A stretch of 64,000 nt of DNA from an uncultured virus (IMG/VR IMGVR_UViG_3300009678_000003) (Duplodnaviria; Heunggongvirae; Uroviricota; Caudoviricetes), in the IMG/VR virus record IMGVR_UViG_3300009678_000003; one strand, written 5' to 3'. The position numbers were made by a program, and so were the translations under genes. The notes under the pieces are model-generated. The model worked only from the letters and a program-made list of their open reading frames with translations. It was not told where the DNA came from and did no database searches. Within the stretch, counting starts at the first letter, position 1; each line of letters begins with the position of its first letter. Positions 1-8,443 of this stretch are shown in pieces.

Positions 1-263
1 TCAGATTCACAATAGGAGAGCAAGGCGCGTTTGATTTGACCCTCCAAGCCTTCGGACTTAGAGAAGAGCCATTCAAGCACAGCGCACGGTTCTCCTTCCT
101 TTGCCATCGTTCGAACCTGATGAGCGGTTCTGATTCTTTGGTCTTGCATGATGTAGTAGGAATCGACGAGATACCGGACTTCCTGCTTCGATAGAGTCTT
201 GGCGGCTTGCACCAAGTCCCGGCTCATCCTGATTTCAAGCTCTGCTGATTGTTGTTCGCTCAT
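1..263 (-). CDS. Tas/IS110-related (Nop-domain family) protein, N-terminal part; runs off window edge
   Basis: Manual translation MSEQQSAELEIRMSRDLVQAAKTLSKQEVRYLVDSYYIMQDQRIRTAHQVRTMAKEGEPCAVLEWLFSKSEGLEGQIKRALLSYCES; RBS AAGGAG upstream; helical region resembles the coiled coil preceding the Nop domain in IS110/Tas proteins; TIGR-like array directly upstream. Confidence 0.65.
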   Translation of the reverse strand, partial: MSEQQSAELEIRMSRDLVQAAKTLSKQEVRYLVDSYYIMQDQRIRTAHQVRTMAKEGEPCAVLEWLFSKSEGLEGQIKRALLSYCES

Positions 264-280
264 TTGGCTCCTTGTTTGAA

Positions 281-354
281 CGCTCCTGTATTTTGGTTCT
301 ATCTCGGTTTCTGGCTCGCTCTTTTTGAATGTTACTATCTGGCTTCATGGCTCA
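281..354 (-). ncRNA. TIGR-like array, two 36-nt units with two 9-nt spacers each
   Basis: Minus strand: AGCCA-TGAAGCCAG-ATAGTAACA-TTCAAAAAG-AGCG|AGCCA-GAAACCGAG-ATAGAACCA-AAATACAGG-AGCG; units 317-352 and 281-316. Confidence 0.7.
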
Positions 355-402
355 TGCTTCATTCCCCTCCCCTCCACCGCCGGAACAGCAATCCGCTGTC
401 AG

Positions 403-636
403 CTAATCGCCTAGAAGCTCGCGGGTGAGTTCGTCTAGAATAATTCCTTTCATTTGAAAGAATCCGCCTAAGCCGTTGTAGGTACTGTTCCCTTGACGCT
501 CCTTTGCCCTATTCTCCACCTCGGCCACGAATGCGCGAATGTAGTGATCAGCTTGGACGTGCCAAGCAGGACTTACCGGGAAGCCGCGCTTTTTGTGAAC
601 CTCCATAACCCACTTTTCACCTGCTTCAGTCATCAA
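403..636 (-). CDS. hypothetical protein
   Basis: ORF co-oriented with early arm, GGAGGG RBS upstream. Confidence 0.5.
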   Translation of the reverse strand: MMTEAGEKWVMEVHKKRGFPVSPAWHVQADHYIRAFVAEVENRAKERQGNSTYNGLGGFFQMKGIILDELTRELLGD

Positions 637-690
637 TTCACCCTCCCATGCCCTTCATCCACAGCCGGGAACAACAACTCAGCCATCCCA

Positions 691-831
691 TCAACCGCCG
701 CCTGCACGCTCTCTGGAACGTCTTTGGTGTAAATGTCCAGCGTCGAGCCTAACATAGGCGTACCAGTGAGCGATCCATTGGCCGCGCTCGACTTTGAGCC
801 AGCCTCTTTGGTGCCTCGGTCGTGGCGACAT
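691..831 (-). pseudogene. probable N-terminal remnant of a tyrosine integrase
   Basis: MSPRPRHQRGWLKVERGQWIAHWYAY resembles integrase arm-binding N-termini; stops after 46 aa; lies close downstream of Xis-like HTH. Confidence 0.45.
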
Positions 832-872
832 TTTGGCCCCCAATTTCTTAAGGTTCAGAGAGGGCGCAAAGT

Positions 873-1085
873 CTAACTTAATTTCTGGCTGCATTTCAAA
901 GTCTCTGGTTTTTTGCAATAGCGATGAGCCGTACTGAAGGCTTTCCCGAAAGCGACAAACACGCTCACGCGCATGGGAAGAGGAATCTTCTGAACGTCAC
1001 CGCAATGCAGGCAGTGAAAGGATTGCGTGTCTGAATTTGCAATAACGTGGTCTGCCTTCATTTTCCCGCCAACCCATTCAGCCAT
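873..1085 (-). CDS. small Zn-binding hypothetical protein
   Basis: CLHC ... HRYC motifs. Confidence 0.45.
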   Translation of the reverse strand: MAEWVGGKMKADHVIANSDTQSFHCLHCGDVQKIPLPMRVSVFVAFGKAFSTAHRYCKKPETLKCSQKLS

Positions 1086-1351
1086 TCCTGAATGACCTGT
1101 CTATTGAAGCGATATGTGGGCTTCCGCTTGCTCCCGAGATTGTAGGAAGGCAGCACCGGGCGTCGTCTTCCGGCCGCGTGGTCTCGAACCCAAGATTCCG
1201 ACACCTTGAGTTCCGTGGCGAGTTCTTCGGAGGTGAGGAGGTCGGTGTGGTCAGGCATCTCGGTGCCCTCGACAAATGTCCTCGTCTTCCATCTCAAGAC
1301 ACCGATCGCAGATTTCAATAATGCCGCTTTGATGGCACTCGTCACATTCAA
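1058..1351 (-). CDS. excisionase-like HTH DNA-binding protein (probable start 1258, MPDH)
   Basis: LLTSEELATELKVSESWVR...LPSYNLG...YRFNRQVIQEWL, HTH_17/Xis pattern. Confidence 0.75.
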   Translation of the reverse strand: MNVTSAIKAALLKSAIGVLRWKTRTFVEGTEMPDHTDLLTSEELATELKVSESWVRDHAAGRRRPVLPSYNLGSKRKPTYRFNRQVIQEWLNGLAGK

Positions 1352-1556
1352 CTGGGTCCTCTAAGTCATCACACCTATGGCGGTGAATTGGACCAGTACC
1401 AAAGAGTGAATATCCCATTGTTCCGGTCCCGTTGCAGCTAGGACAAACAACGCACTCGCAAGGGCGGGAGGCCGGTCGCCCGGCCTGTTGGGTCTCTTCG
1501 GCGGCGGACGGGGTTGCGATGCCCGCTGGTGGGTTACGGCTTGGGGGTGAGGTCAT
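1251..1556 (-). CDS. Zn-finger hypothetical protein
   Basis: CPSCNGTG, CDECHQSG, CDRC; overlapping start/stop with neighbours. Confidence 0.55.
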   Translation of the reverse strand: MTSPPSRNPPAGIATPSAAEETQQAGRPASRPCECVVCPSCNGTGTMGYSLFGTGPIHRHRCDDLEDPVECDECHQSGIIEICDRCLEMEDEDICRGHRDA

Positions 1557-1747
1557 GGCTTCCTTCTTAACCGTTTAGCATCTCCATCCCGTTTTCCTTG
1601 CTCCCACTTCTTTGTGTTCTCAGGCGAAGAGAAAATAGAACAATGACAATTCTCCATGTTGGCTCCGTTCAGGCCACAGTCGAAGCCAAGCTTGTAAGGG
1701 TCACGCTCTTTCTTGTACTCGCTCAGGATTGATTCGATAGCTTTCAT
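1553..1747 (-). CDS. hypothetical protein
   Basis: ORF coupled (ATGA) to downstream gene. Confidence 0.55.
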   Translation of the reverse strand: MKAIESILSEYKKERDPYKLGFDCGLNGANMENCHCSIFSSPENTKKWEQGKRDGDAKRLRRKP

Positions 1748-1867
1748 GGCATCATCCCTCTCCCCCTAACTCAAAGTTTTCAGTCCCAAACAACCTCTCT
1801 TGCTTGCTCTCAACAACGGGTTTCAAGCCCCTGCCTGGCTCCTGCTTTGTCAGGCTCGTCCGGGTCT

Positions 1868-3040
1868 TCAAGCCTCTGCTGGCAGCGCTGAATCTCCTGA
1901 CGGGTCTGGGAGGTCATGGTATTGCATCTCTACCTGAACCTTGCTCATCCGCTTCACTGCCTGCTTGCTCAGGTACTCGAAATTGAGATCACAGCCCACG
2001 CCCCGGCGCTGCAGTCTGCTGGCAACGCGAATCACTGTGCCGCTTCCAACGAAGGGATCGAAAACAAGATCGCCGGGCCGGGATCCTGCCAAGATGCAAG
2101 GCTCAACCAATTTTTCTGGCATCGTGGCGAAGTGTGCGCCCTTCCAAGGTTGCGTCGAAATAGTCCAAACTGACCGTTTGTTCCTGCTCTCCGTAATAGC
2201 GCGGAAAGCATTCTGTCCGGTGTCTGCCATCGCTTCAGTCTTGCCGTTGAAGGAACCTTTCGGCGCGCTGACTCTTGGCTTGCCTGAAGACCTTCCAAGC
2301 TGATGCTCTCCCGTCTTACCCGTGTGGAATTGGCTTCCCTTGAAGCTACGCGGCTCGACACCGTGACGCTGTTCTGGTGGCCTGCCATCCATCTGCCAAG
2401 CTCCTTCGCTGGTGTAGGGACGCCTTGGGTCGTTCGTGACGCTCGGCTCTTGGATTGCGATGTGATCGAAATAATAGCGTTCAGATTTTGCCAGTAGAAA
2501 CAGGTACTCGTGGGATTTGCAGCATCTGTCTCTAACGCTCTCAGGCATCGGTCCCGGCTTCGACCAAATTATGTCCTGGCGCAAGTACCAGCCGTCGGCT
2601 TGTAGTGCAAAGGCGACGCGCCAAGGGATACCCACGAGGTCTTTAGCTTTTAGCCCGTGACTTTTCGGAGTTCCGTCACGATTGCGCTGGCCACGTTCAT
2701 CCACTATTCCATCAGCCCGACCCGACCCTGCCTGGTACGGACGCCCATAAGATTCGCCGCCGCCATTTCTCCCGTTGTACGTCCCACTGCCGCCTTTACC
2801 TGGATCACTGGCATAAGAATCGCCCAAATTAATCCATAACACGCCATCATCCTTCAGCACGCGCCGCACTTCTCGAAACACGGCTACCATGTTTGCAACG
2901 TACTCCTCGGGCGTCCGCTCTAACCCCATCTGGCCAGGAATGCCATAATCCCTCAATCCCCAATAAGGCGGCGACGTCACGACCGTTTGCACCGTGCCGC
3001 TCGCTATCGGAATGTGTCTCGCATCTGCCTGGCAGATCAT
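1868..3040 (-). CDS. N4-C/N6-A DNA methyltransferase (beta class)
   Basis: VTSPPY motif IV, HFATMP and DPFVGSGT motif I; TGATG coupling with upstream gene. Confidence 0.92.
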   Translation of the reverse strand: MICQADARHIPIASGTVQTVVTSPPYWGLRDYGIPGQMGLERTPEEYVANMVAVFREVRRVLKDDGVLWINLGDSYASDPGKGGSGTYNGRNGGGESYGRPYQAGSGRADGIVDERGQRNRDGTPKSHGLKAKDLVGIPWRVAFALQADGWYLRQDIIWSKPGPMPESVRDRCCKSHEYLFLLAKSERYYFDHIAIQEPSVTNDPRRPYTSEGAWQMDGRPPEQRHGVEPRSFKGSQFHTGKTGEHQLGRSSGKPRVSAPKGSFNGKTEAMADTGQNAFRAITESRNKRSVWTISTQPWKGAHFATMPEKLVEPCILAGSRPGDLVFDPFVGSGTVIRVASRLQRRGVGCDLNFEYLSKQAVKRMSKVQVEMQYHDLPDPSGDSALPAEA

Positions 3041-3378
3041 CACAAAACCTTCCAGCCTTTCAGAACCTTGATGCACTCATCCAGCGACCGCGCGACCTCA
3101 TACTTCACTCCGAGCCGCTGGCAGCTCGCCTGAAACGCCAACTGATTCGGATTCAGCATCCCTTTCTCCGTCTTCAGCTCAATCCAGCCGCTTCCGAGGT
3201 CCCATGTGAAAACAAAGTCTCCCGCTCCTGCAATCACGCCTTGCCGCTTCAGGTTCGAGGCTTCAATCAGGCTCCGGCTGCCGCCGTTCGGGACCGCGGT
3301 ATAGACGCAGCGGGGTTTGGCAGCGAGAAGGTATTGAAAGAACGCGGCGCTCAGTTGGGCTTCTTCGCGGTTACGCAT
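3040..3378 (-). CDS. VRR-NUC domain nuclease
   Basis: AVPNGGSR...LKRQGVIAGAGDF...WIELKTEKG..NPNQ. Confidence 0.85.
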   Translation of the reverse strand: MRNREEAQLSAAFFQYLLAAKPRCVYTAVPNGGSRSLIEASNLKRQGVIAGAGDFVFTWDLGSGWIELKTEKGMLNPNQLAFQASCQRLGVKYEVARSLDECIKVLKGWKVL

Positions 3379-3652
3379 GGCCATCAACCAGTGAGTCCGG
3401 CATCCCGCATCCTTGTCCAATCGGAATGGCTTTTGAGAACAGAGGCACCAACACTTCATCAGCGTTGAAGTTGGCCATCAGGTGCCTTGATGGGTGAGTA
3501 ACGAGTCCGCACTACGCCCGACCATCAGTCCATTCAAGAGCTGGACAGGGAGCGGATGCACCTGGGAAGCATTGCTCAGCAACCTCGCACAACTCAGCGG
3601 CACAGCATAGGCCGCAACCGTTACATGGTGAGCCGTACTTTGGCTTGGTCAT
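3371..3652 (-). pseudogene. Cys-rich protein interrupted by in-frame TAG at 3512-3514
   Basis: KPKYGSPCNGCGLCC...CPALEWTDGRA*CGLVTHP...GQGCG; frame stays open 46 codons past the TAG and ends overlapping the VRR-NUC start. Confidence 0.6.
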
Positions 3653-3737
3653 GGCTTTGGACATCGCTTGTGTAACCAGACTCCACTCACCTTCGTTTTG
3701 TTGGCTCCGCGAATCTTCTTGTCGCACTTGTTACAAG

Positions 3738-3977
3738 TCATTGTTGCTTCCTCTCCCGATCACACGTCCTGCACGCCCGCGTCCCGTCAATCGGATGGCG
3801 GTACGTGTTGGCCTCGGTATACTCATGACCGGCAGGGCAACTCGTTTTCCGAGAATTCCAGTGTCCCTTCAGCGGAGCCCTGTGCCTGAGATACCGTTCG
3901 TGGCGGCGTTGCTTGACGGTCATGGTCGTCACCCCGCCTCCGACTCCGTGAATGGCAGTGCTGGTGCATCTCTCCAC
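3738..3977 (-). CDS. small Zn-finger protein (likely start at MTVKQ)
   Basis: KTSCPAGHEYTEANTY...RACRTC, a domain often appended to phage HNH proteins. Confidence 0.6.
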   Translation of the reverse strand: MERCTSTAIHGVGGGVTTMTVKQRRHERYLRHRAPLKGHWNSRKTSCPAGHEYTEANTYRHPIDGTRACRTCDRERKQQ

Positions 3978-4246
3978 TCGTAGCCATGCCTCAGCGCTTC
4001 GCCAAGGTCGTGGATGCGCTCTTTCAGGGCTTTAATCTGCTGTCCGTAGCTACTTGCAACAGAGGCTTTCGACTTTTCTGCCTCTTCCAGTTCCGCGAGT
4101 AACTGCCCAATCTTCTCGCCGTACTCCCGCTTTTCGACTTCGGTCAAACGCACTTTCTGTTGTCCTGACATGGTTGTTTCCTCAATAGTGTTTTGCGTCC
4201 ATCCGCCGACCTTCCGGCGACTTTCCATCCTGCCTGCTTGAAGCAA
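3929..4246 (-). CDS. coiled-coil hypothetical protein
   Basis: ORF with heptad pattern in early operon. Confidence 0.55.
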   Translation of the reverse strand: MLQAGRMESRRKVGGWTQNTIEETTMSGQQKVRLTEVEKREYGEKIGQLLAELEEAEKSKASVASSYGQQIKALKERIHDLGEALRHGYEWRDAPALPFTESEAG

Positions 4247-4665
4247 TAACCGGGATTCGAGCTTCTAATCTTCCGGTCAAAAACGTAGGTGATAAATCCG
4301 TCCGGGCCGATTCCAAGATTCAAGCCCATAAGAAACGATTCTGCTGCCAGGATCAGAAGGCTGGATAGACTCTCTCCCTCGTTGCGGAATATCGTGCATG
4401 TCCAGCCGTCGAGCCCGTTCATTGCTTTTAGGCCACTATCCGGGTGAGGCCTCCACCATCCAAATACCGCGCGCTGGTCTGGTGTGAGCAGCACTACAGT
4501 CTGTCCAGGTGGCATGAACTGAGGGCTGCCAACCTTTCGCCTTGAATAGTGGCGGTCGGCCAACTGCGCTGCCCTTGCATCAAATTTAGTCACTCGTTCC
4601 CACATTTCATTTTCAGTTGAGCCCCGGCTCCTCCAGCGGATACCGGGGCTTGGGCTTCGATTCAA
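4144..4665 (-). CDS. Mom-like/GNAT-fold protein (likely start at MWERV)
   Basis: LADRHYSRR...CTIFRNEG...ITYV...SSNPGYCFKQAGW resembles the Mom-family C-terminal motif. Confidence 0.55.
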   Translation of the reverse strand: MNRSPSPGIRWRSRGSTENEMWERVTKFDARAAQLADRHYSRRKVGSPQFMPPGQTVVLLTPDQRAVFGWWRPHPDSGLKAMNGLDGWTCTIFRNEGESLSSLLILAAESFLMGLNLGIGPDGFITYVFDRKIRSSNPGYCFKQAGWKVAGRSADGRKTLLRKQPCQDNRKCV

Positions 4666-4715
4666 TGTGTCCTACCTTCCACGAATCCCCCTTTCCGGCT
4701 CAGTGGCCGATGGAT

Positions 4716-4991
4716 TTACCACTTGAACTCGTTCCACACTTTCTCTGCTGTTGGTGTTACTTCAACGACCGCTGTCACCTTGCGAAGCTCGATGTCTGCC
4801 GGTGGGCCAATCTTTGCGTGTCGGTGCGGCCCGTCAGAAGCCAGGCCCATGAAGCCATTGTTCTGGGTTGGCCAGTAGATGCAATTCCGGGCTCGCTTCA
4901 GCTTGATGATGTCTCCATCGGTATTGGTCGCGTAGCCGAAGAAGACACCCTTGTATTCGGTGGTTATCAAAACTGCTCGCTCTTTTGCCAT
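4716..4991 (-). CDS. conserved phage protein (DUF6948-like, Sm-like fold)
   Basis: VLITTEYKGVFFG...LKRARNCIYW...GLASDGP; typically next to Gly-repeat genes. Confidence 0.6.
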   Translation of the reverse strand: MAKERAVLITTEYKGVFFGYATNTDGDIIKLKRARNCIYWPTQNNGFMGLASDGPHRHAKIGPPADIELRKVTAVVEVTPTAEKVWNEFKW

Positions 4992-4992
4992 C

Positions 4993-5568
4993 TCAACACT
5001 CTCCTAAAATTTGTCGTTTCAAAGCTGCAAGTTTGTCTTCTTCTGATTGGGTCTCTCCGTAGAGAGCAACGATCCAAGTGCGGTCACCCTTCCATTTTGG
5101 CGGAATCAAGGTGCCGTGTAGCGCCTGGCTGCTGCAGATCCTAAGTGGTCCGGCAATCTCCTGCACCTGCCCAGAAGATACCGGATCAGAACTACCACCG
5201 TTACACGGCCGCCCGTCCGCCGCCGATTTCCAATAGGCTATTTGGGCACCAGAAGCCACGGCTGCGCGGTAAACCGCTTGCTGGCTTTCGGGCCATCGGG
5301 AAACGTAAGAAGCAACAGCTTTCTTCCAGTAAGTTTCGTCCCCGTACCCGTACCCGTCTCCGGACCCGGACCCGTACCCGTACCCGTCCCCGTCCCCGGA
5401 CCCGGACCCGGACCCGTACCCGTACCCGTCCCCGTCCCCGGACCCGGACCCGTCCCCGGACCCGTACCCGTACCCGTACCCGTCCCCGGACCCGTACCCG
5501 TACCCGTACCCGTCCCCGGACCCGGACCCGTCCCCGGACCCGGACAGCGCGTTCAACTTACTTGCCAT
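4993..5568 (-). CDS. protein with GSGDGYG low-complexity N-terminus
   Basis: ~70 aa G-x repeat followed by globular domain. Confidence 0.75.
   Translation of the reverse strand: MASKLNALSGSGDGSGSGDGYGYGYGSGDGYGYGYGSGDGSGSGDGDGYGYGSGSGSGDGDGYGYGSGSGDGYGYGDETYWKKAVASYVSRWPESQQAVYRAAVASGAQIAYWKSAADGRPCNGGSSDPVSSGQVQEIAGPLRICSSQALHGTLIPPKWKGDRTWIVALYGETQSEEDKLAALKRQILGEC
5335..5545. repeat. 6-bp period tandem repeat (ccgtac/ccggac/ccgtcc) encoding G-Y/G-S/G-D
   Basis: Directly visible. Confidence 0.95.
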
Positions 5569-5767
5569 TCAACACACTCGCTTTCTGCTGACTGAAAATC
5601 TCTTGATTCGCCATCCTGAAAAAGCTCCGCGCGATCCGGCCCAGGGTCTCCAGTTCGAACTGGCATTCCATCGACATCTGTGGTGCCAGCGGTTTCAGCT
5701 CGTGCTGCAACGTATTGAGCACGATTAGTAAGAATTGTTCGTGAGCGCGAAAGTGTTCTAGTGTCAC
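5558..5767 (-). CDS. hypothetical protein
   Basis: ORF in operon. Confidence 0.5.
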   Translation of the reverse strand: MTLEHFRAHEQFLLIVLNTLQHELKPLAPQMSMECQFELETLGRIARSFFRMANQEIFSQQKASVLNGK

Positions 5768-5894
5768 TTACCTTATCCTTTGATGCCGGGAGTCCATCCC
5801 CGAACCCCCGGCGCCTTCTCTTTTTTCCCTTGACTCGCTTTTCCTTTCATTCGATTTGTCCTGCAATTCTGCGGAGTAGGCCCCGCAGAAACTT

Positions 5895-6092
5895 TTAGTC
5901 CAGCACCTTCATCGCTTCCTGCATCACATTCGTCAAGTCTGCGAAGCTCTCACATCGACAGTGAGGTTTGCACTTCCCACATTCCAGGCAAACCGGCATG
6001 ACGCAACCGCAGACTGGTCGTGGTCCCACCTTCACCGTTTGACTACAGCATGGGCAAGGCGCAGCTGAATTTGTTTCTGTCAGTCCGTTCAT
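5895..6092 (-). CDS. Cys-rich small protein
   Basis: Multiple CxxC; ATGA coupling with upstream gene. Confidence 0.55.
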   Translation of the reverse strand: MNGLTETNSAAPCPCCSQTVKVGPRPVCGCVMPVCLECGKCKPHCRCESFADLTNVMQEAMKVLD

Positions 6093-6520
6093 TTCAAAAC
6101 CTCTAAGGCGTCCTGATAGCTACACTGCAACTCAGAGCGGAAGATACGCTCCCAGGCTGCGTCTGCGTCTGCCTCCCGATAACCTATCATCCGGTCCCGA
6201 TGCTCGCGGATCACGCGCCTGACCTCGGCGGCCGATGGGAGATTGCGCTTACACTCTTGAGATCCGCAATTGTCTGGCTCGTCTTCCCACCGCTTCTGCG
6301 CGAGCCAGGTGGACGGGTGCGGAATGTATTGGCCGTTGGCCTTCGTCCAGTTGTGAGATTTCTTCTGCCGTTCTAATTCGGCCAAAATGGTTTTTGACAA
6401 TTCGACTTTGACCTTCAATCTTTTCCATAACTCAGCCGCCCGTCCCCTTCCTACCTTCCGGGGGTAGGCTTTCCAAAATTCTTCGAACCCGCTCGGGGTC
6501 GCGCCCGTTTTCTCTTCCAT
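6089..6520 (-). CDS. phage replication-initiator-like protein (C-terminal-type domain)
   Basis: FEEFWKAYPRKVG...YIPHPSTWLAQKRWEDE motif. Confidence 0.75.
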   Translation of the reverse strand: MEEKTGATPSGFEEFWKAYPRKVGRGRAAELWKRLKVKVELSKTILAELERQKKSHNWTKANGQYIPHPSTWLAQKRWEDEPDNCGSQECKRNLPSAAEVRRVIREHRDRMIGYREADADAAWERIFRSELQCSYQDALEVLK

Positions 6521-6743
6521 TTCTCTCTCTTCTTTCTGACTACCTATCGATGCGAGGGAAGGGAGGAAGGTAAGGGCAAAGGACTCCCATCCCCGCTTGC
6601 GCGTGCGGTGGAAGTCCGGCCCTCTGACTACAAAACGCATCGACGGTCGGTCGGTCGGTCGTTTCGGGCTCTACAGACTTTTCAGGTAGTTCGCTGTAGA
6701 TTGGCTGTGAACTTTCGGTGTACTATCCCACCTGCAGCGGCGT

Positions 6744-7370
6744 TCAGCCTATCGGACTCGCCTGCTCCTTGTGCTGCATCCCCCCAGTAGGAGCGTTTAG
6801 CTTCCCGTTGCGCTGGTGGTCGGCCTCCGCAACGGGGGTTATTCCTGACGCAAGCAACTCCTCCGCAGTTGTAACGATTTGATAGAACTTCGCCCGAAAT
6901 GGGCGCTGGTCGTGGTCTTCCATGTGACACACTGTGCAGAGGATTTGCAGGTCTCTTAACTTTTCTCTGCCCAGGCGAACGTATGTCTTGTGGTGACACT
7001 CAAGGTTGAATTCGGATCGGCAACGAATATTCTCACATCGCTTGCCGACGCTCTTCAGCTTCGCTTCGCGCTTCTTTCTCCACTCCGCAGATTTAATGTA
7101 AAGCGCGTAGACTGGTTTCCCGTATTGCATCCACCAGTATTCCTTGTGTCGTTTTTTCTTGCGCTTTGGACTAGAGGAAGGTGGCATAAACTTAAGGACT
7201 TCAAAGCCCTTCCTATAGCAATCAAGGCAAAGGACTCCATGAGGAACCTTGATAAAAGCGTCTCTACCGCACTGGCAGAACTTGTTCATAGGCTGCGTTA
7301 CTTTCGCGTTACCTGTTCGCAACTGCCAACAACTGTTTGCAACTGCTAAGCGGATGCACTGCAGATGCAC
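6744..7370 (-). CDS. HNH endonuclease (likely start at MNKFC)
   Basis: YIKSAEWRKKR...CENIRC...CHHKTY.RLGRE...LCTVCH. Confidence 0.8.
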   Translation of the reverse strand: MHLQCIRLAVANSCWQLRTGNAKVTQPMNKFCQCGRDAFIKVPHGVLCLDCYRKGFEVLKFMPPSSSPKRKKKRHKEYWWMQYGKPVYALYIKSAEWRKKREAKLKSVGKRCENIRCRSEFNLECHHKTYVRLGREKLRDLQILCTVCHMEDHDQRPFRAKFYQIVTTAEELLASGITPVAEADHQRNGKLNAPTGGMQHKEQASPIG

Positions 7371-7375
7371 CGCAA

Positions 7376-7519
7376 GGGACCAGTGAGGCCGGGCTTGATT
7401 CCGGCTGTGTGGATTTCCTCTGCTTCCCTTGCCTAGACTGACTAGGCTCCACTCTCCTACCCGTGAATTGTCAGTCGCATCACGGACCCGCGTGTCCTTC
7501 CACGCCGCTCACTGATCCC
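7376..7519 (-). ncRNA. tRNA-like structured ncRNA
   Basis: 12-bp closing stem GGGATCAGTGAG/CTCACTGGTCCC (G.U only on minus strand), D-like hairpin GCGTG-GAAGGA-CACGC, T-like hairpin GCCGG-AATCAAGC-CCGGC, long internal arms. Confidence 0.65.
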
Positions 7520-7892
7520 AAGTCCCAACCCTTCCCCAAGTTCTCTCAGCACGTCTGCCATGGGGCCTTGGGCGGCCTGTGATTGCTCACAAAGGATTGT
7601 GGCTTCGAATCAGTAACCCACCACAGCCGCCACGATCGGCACGCTGAAGAGGATGAGCAGTGTCCCGCCAGCCAGAACCACGATTCCCAGGATGTACTCA
7701 AGAACTGCTTTCATGCCGTTTCCCTCTCTTGATTCAAAGATTCGATCACCGCGTCAATCCACTCAGGAGATTCACGGTCTCGGTTGAGCCAGCGCTCGAT
7801 CGGGAAGCCAGGCTGGAGGGATGCGCAGGCTGGACAACGCGAGCCTGAGAAAATTTCGTCGCAATCGAGGCAAAGTAGAGCTTCCTTTAGGT

Positions 7893-8111
7893 TCACAGCT
7901 CCAATTCCCTCAGCCCGTATGTCTCGACTCCTGCCTCTTCCTTGCTGGCATATTGCATGGACCATTTCGCGCCGGACCTGGAGGACATCGTCTTGCGAGC
8001 ATCGTTGAATGTTCCTGGGATCACCACGTATCGGTTGGCGATCTGTTCGCCAGTCTCCGGGTGGTAATGCCCAAAGCCGAAAGTAAAAATCCATTGCTCG
8101 GAGTTGCTCAT
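7893..8111 (-). CDS. conserved phage hypothetical protein
   Basis: FTFGFGH...YVVIPGTFNDAR...KWSMQY; GGAGG RBS. Confidence 0.65.
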   Translation of the reverse strand: MSNSEQWIFTFGFGHYHPETGEQIANRYVVIPGTFNDARKTMSSRSGAKWSMQYASKEEAGVETYGLRELEL

Positions 8112-8443
8112 AGTTCAAACCTCCCAGGGACGGAACAACTTCACGCTGCGATTACGTGCCAGGAATTTCACCTGGGAACCGCCCCTGGAACTTTCTGGCC
8201 CAGCGGAAAGGAGGTCCCACGACCTTGGCTGCTTTCGCCAAACAGCCACACCGGGCCAGAATTTAAGAAGCCTTGGCCGCCTCTAGAGCGACAGGCTTGT
8301 CCGACTTCTTGCGCTGCTTCGGCTTCGGAGGAGCTTCATAGCTCTTGATCGTGCGGAAGACCGATTCGGCCTTGTCGAACCCGATCTCTCGAATCAGTGC
8401 TCCGAGTTTCTCTTCAGGTGATTTTCGTTTCATGCTTGGCTCC

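Noticed and set aside
1..263. Ordinary IS110 insertion sequence
   Set aside because: No N-terminal DEDD/RuvC domain, and a 36-nt dual-spacer array lies upstream
3512..3514. Genome-wide TAG recoding
   Set aside because: Capsid, tail tube and TMP end normally at TAG; no suppressor tRNA seen
5145..5595. RTRT/PVPV repeat ORFs on plus strand
   Set aside because: Shadow frames of the Gly-repeat gene
7376..7519. Canonical tRNA
   Set aside because: No anticodon arm, no TTC in T-loop, no CCA
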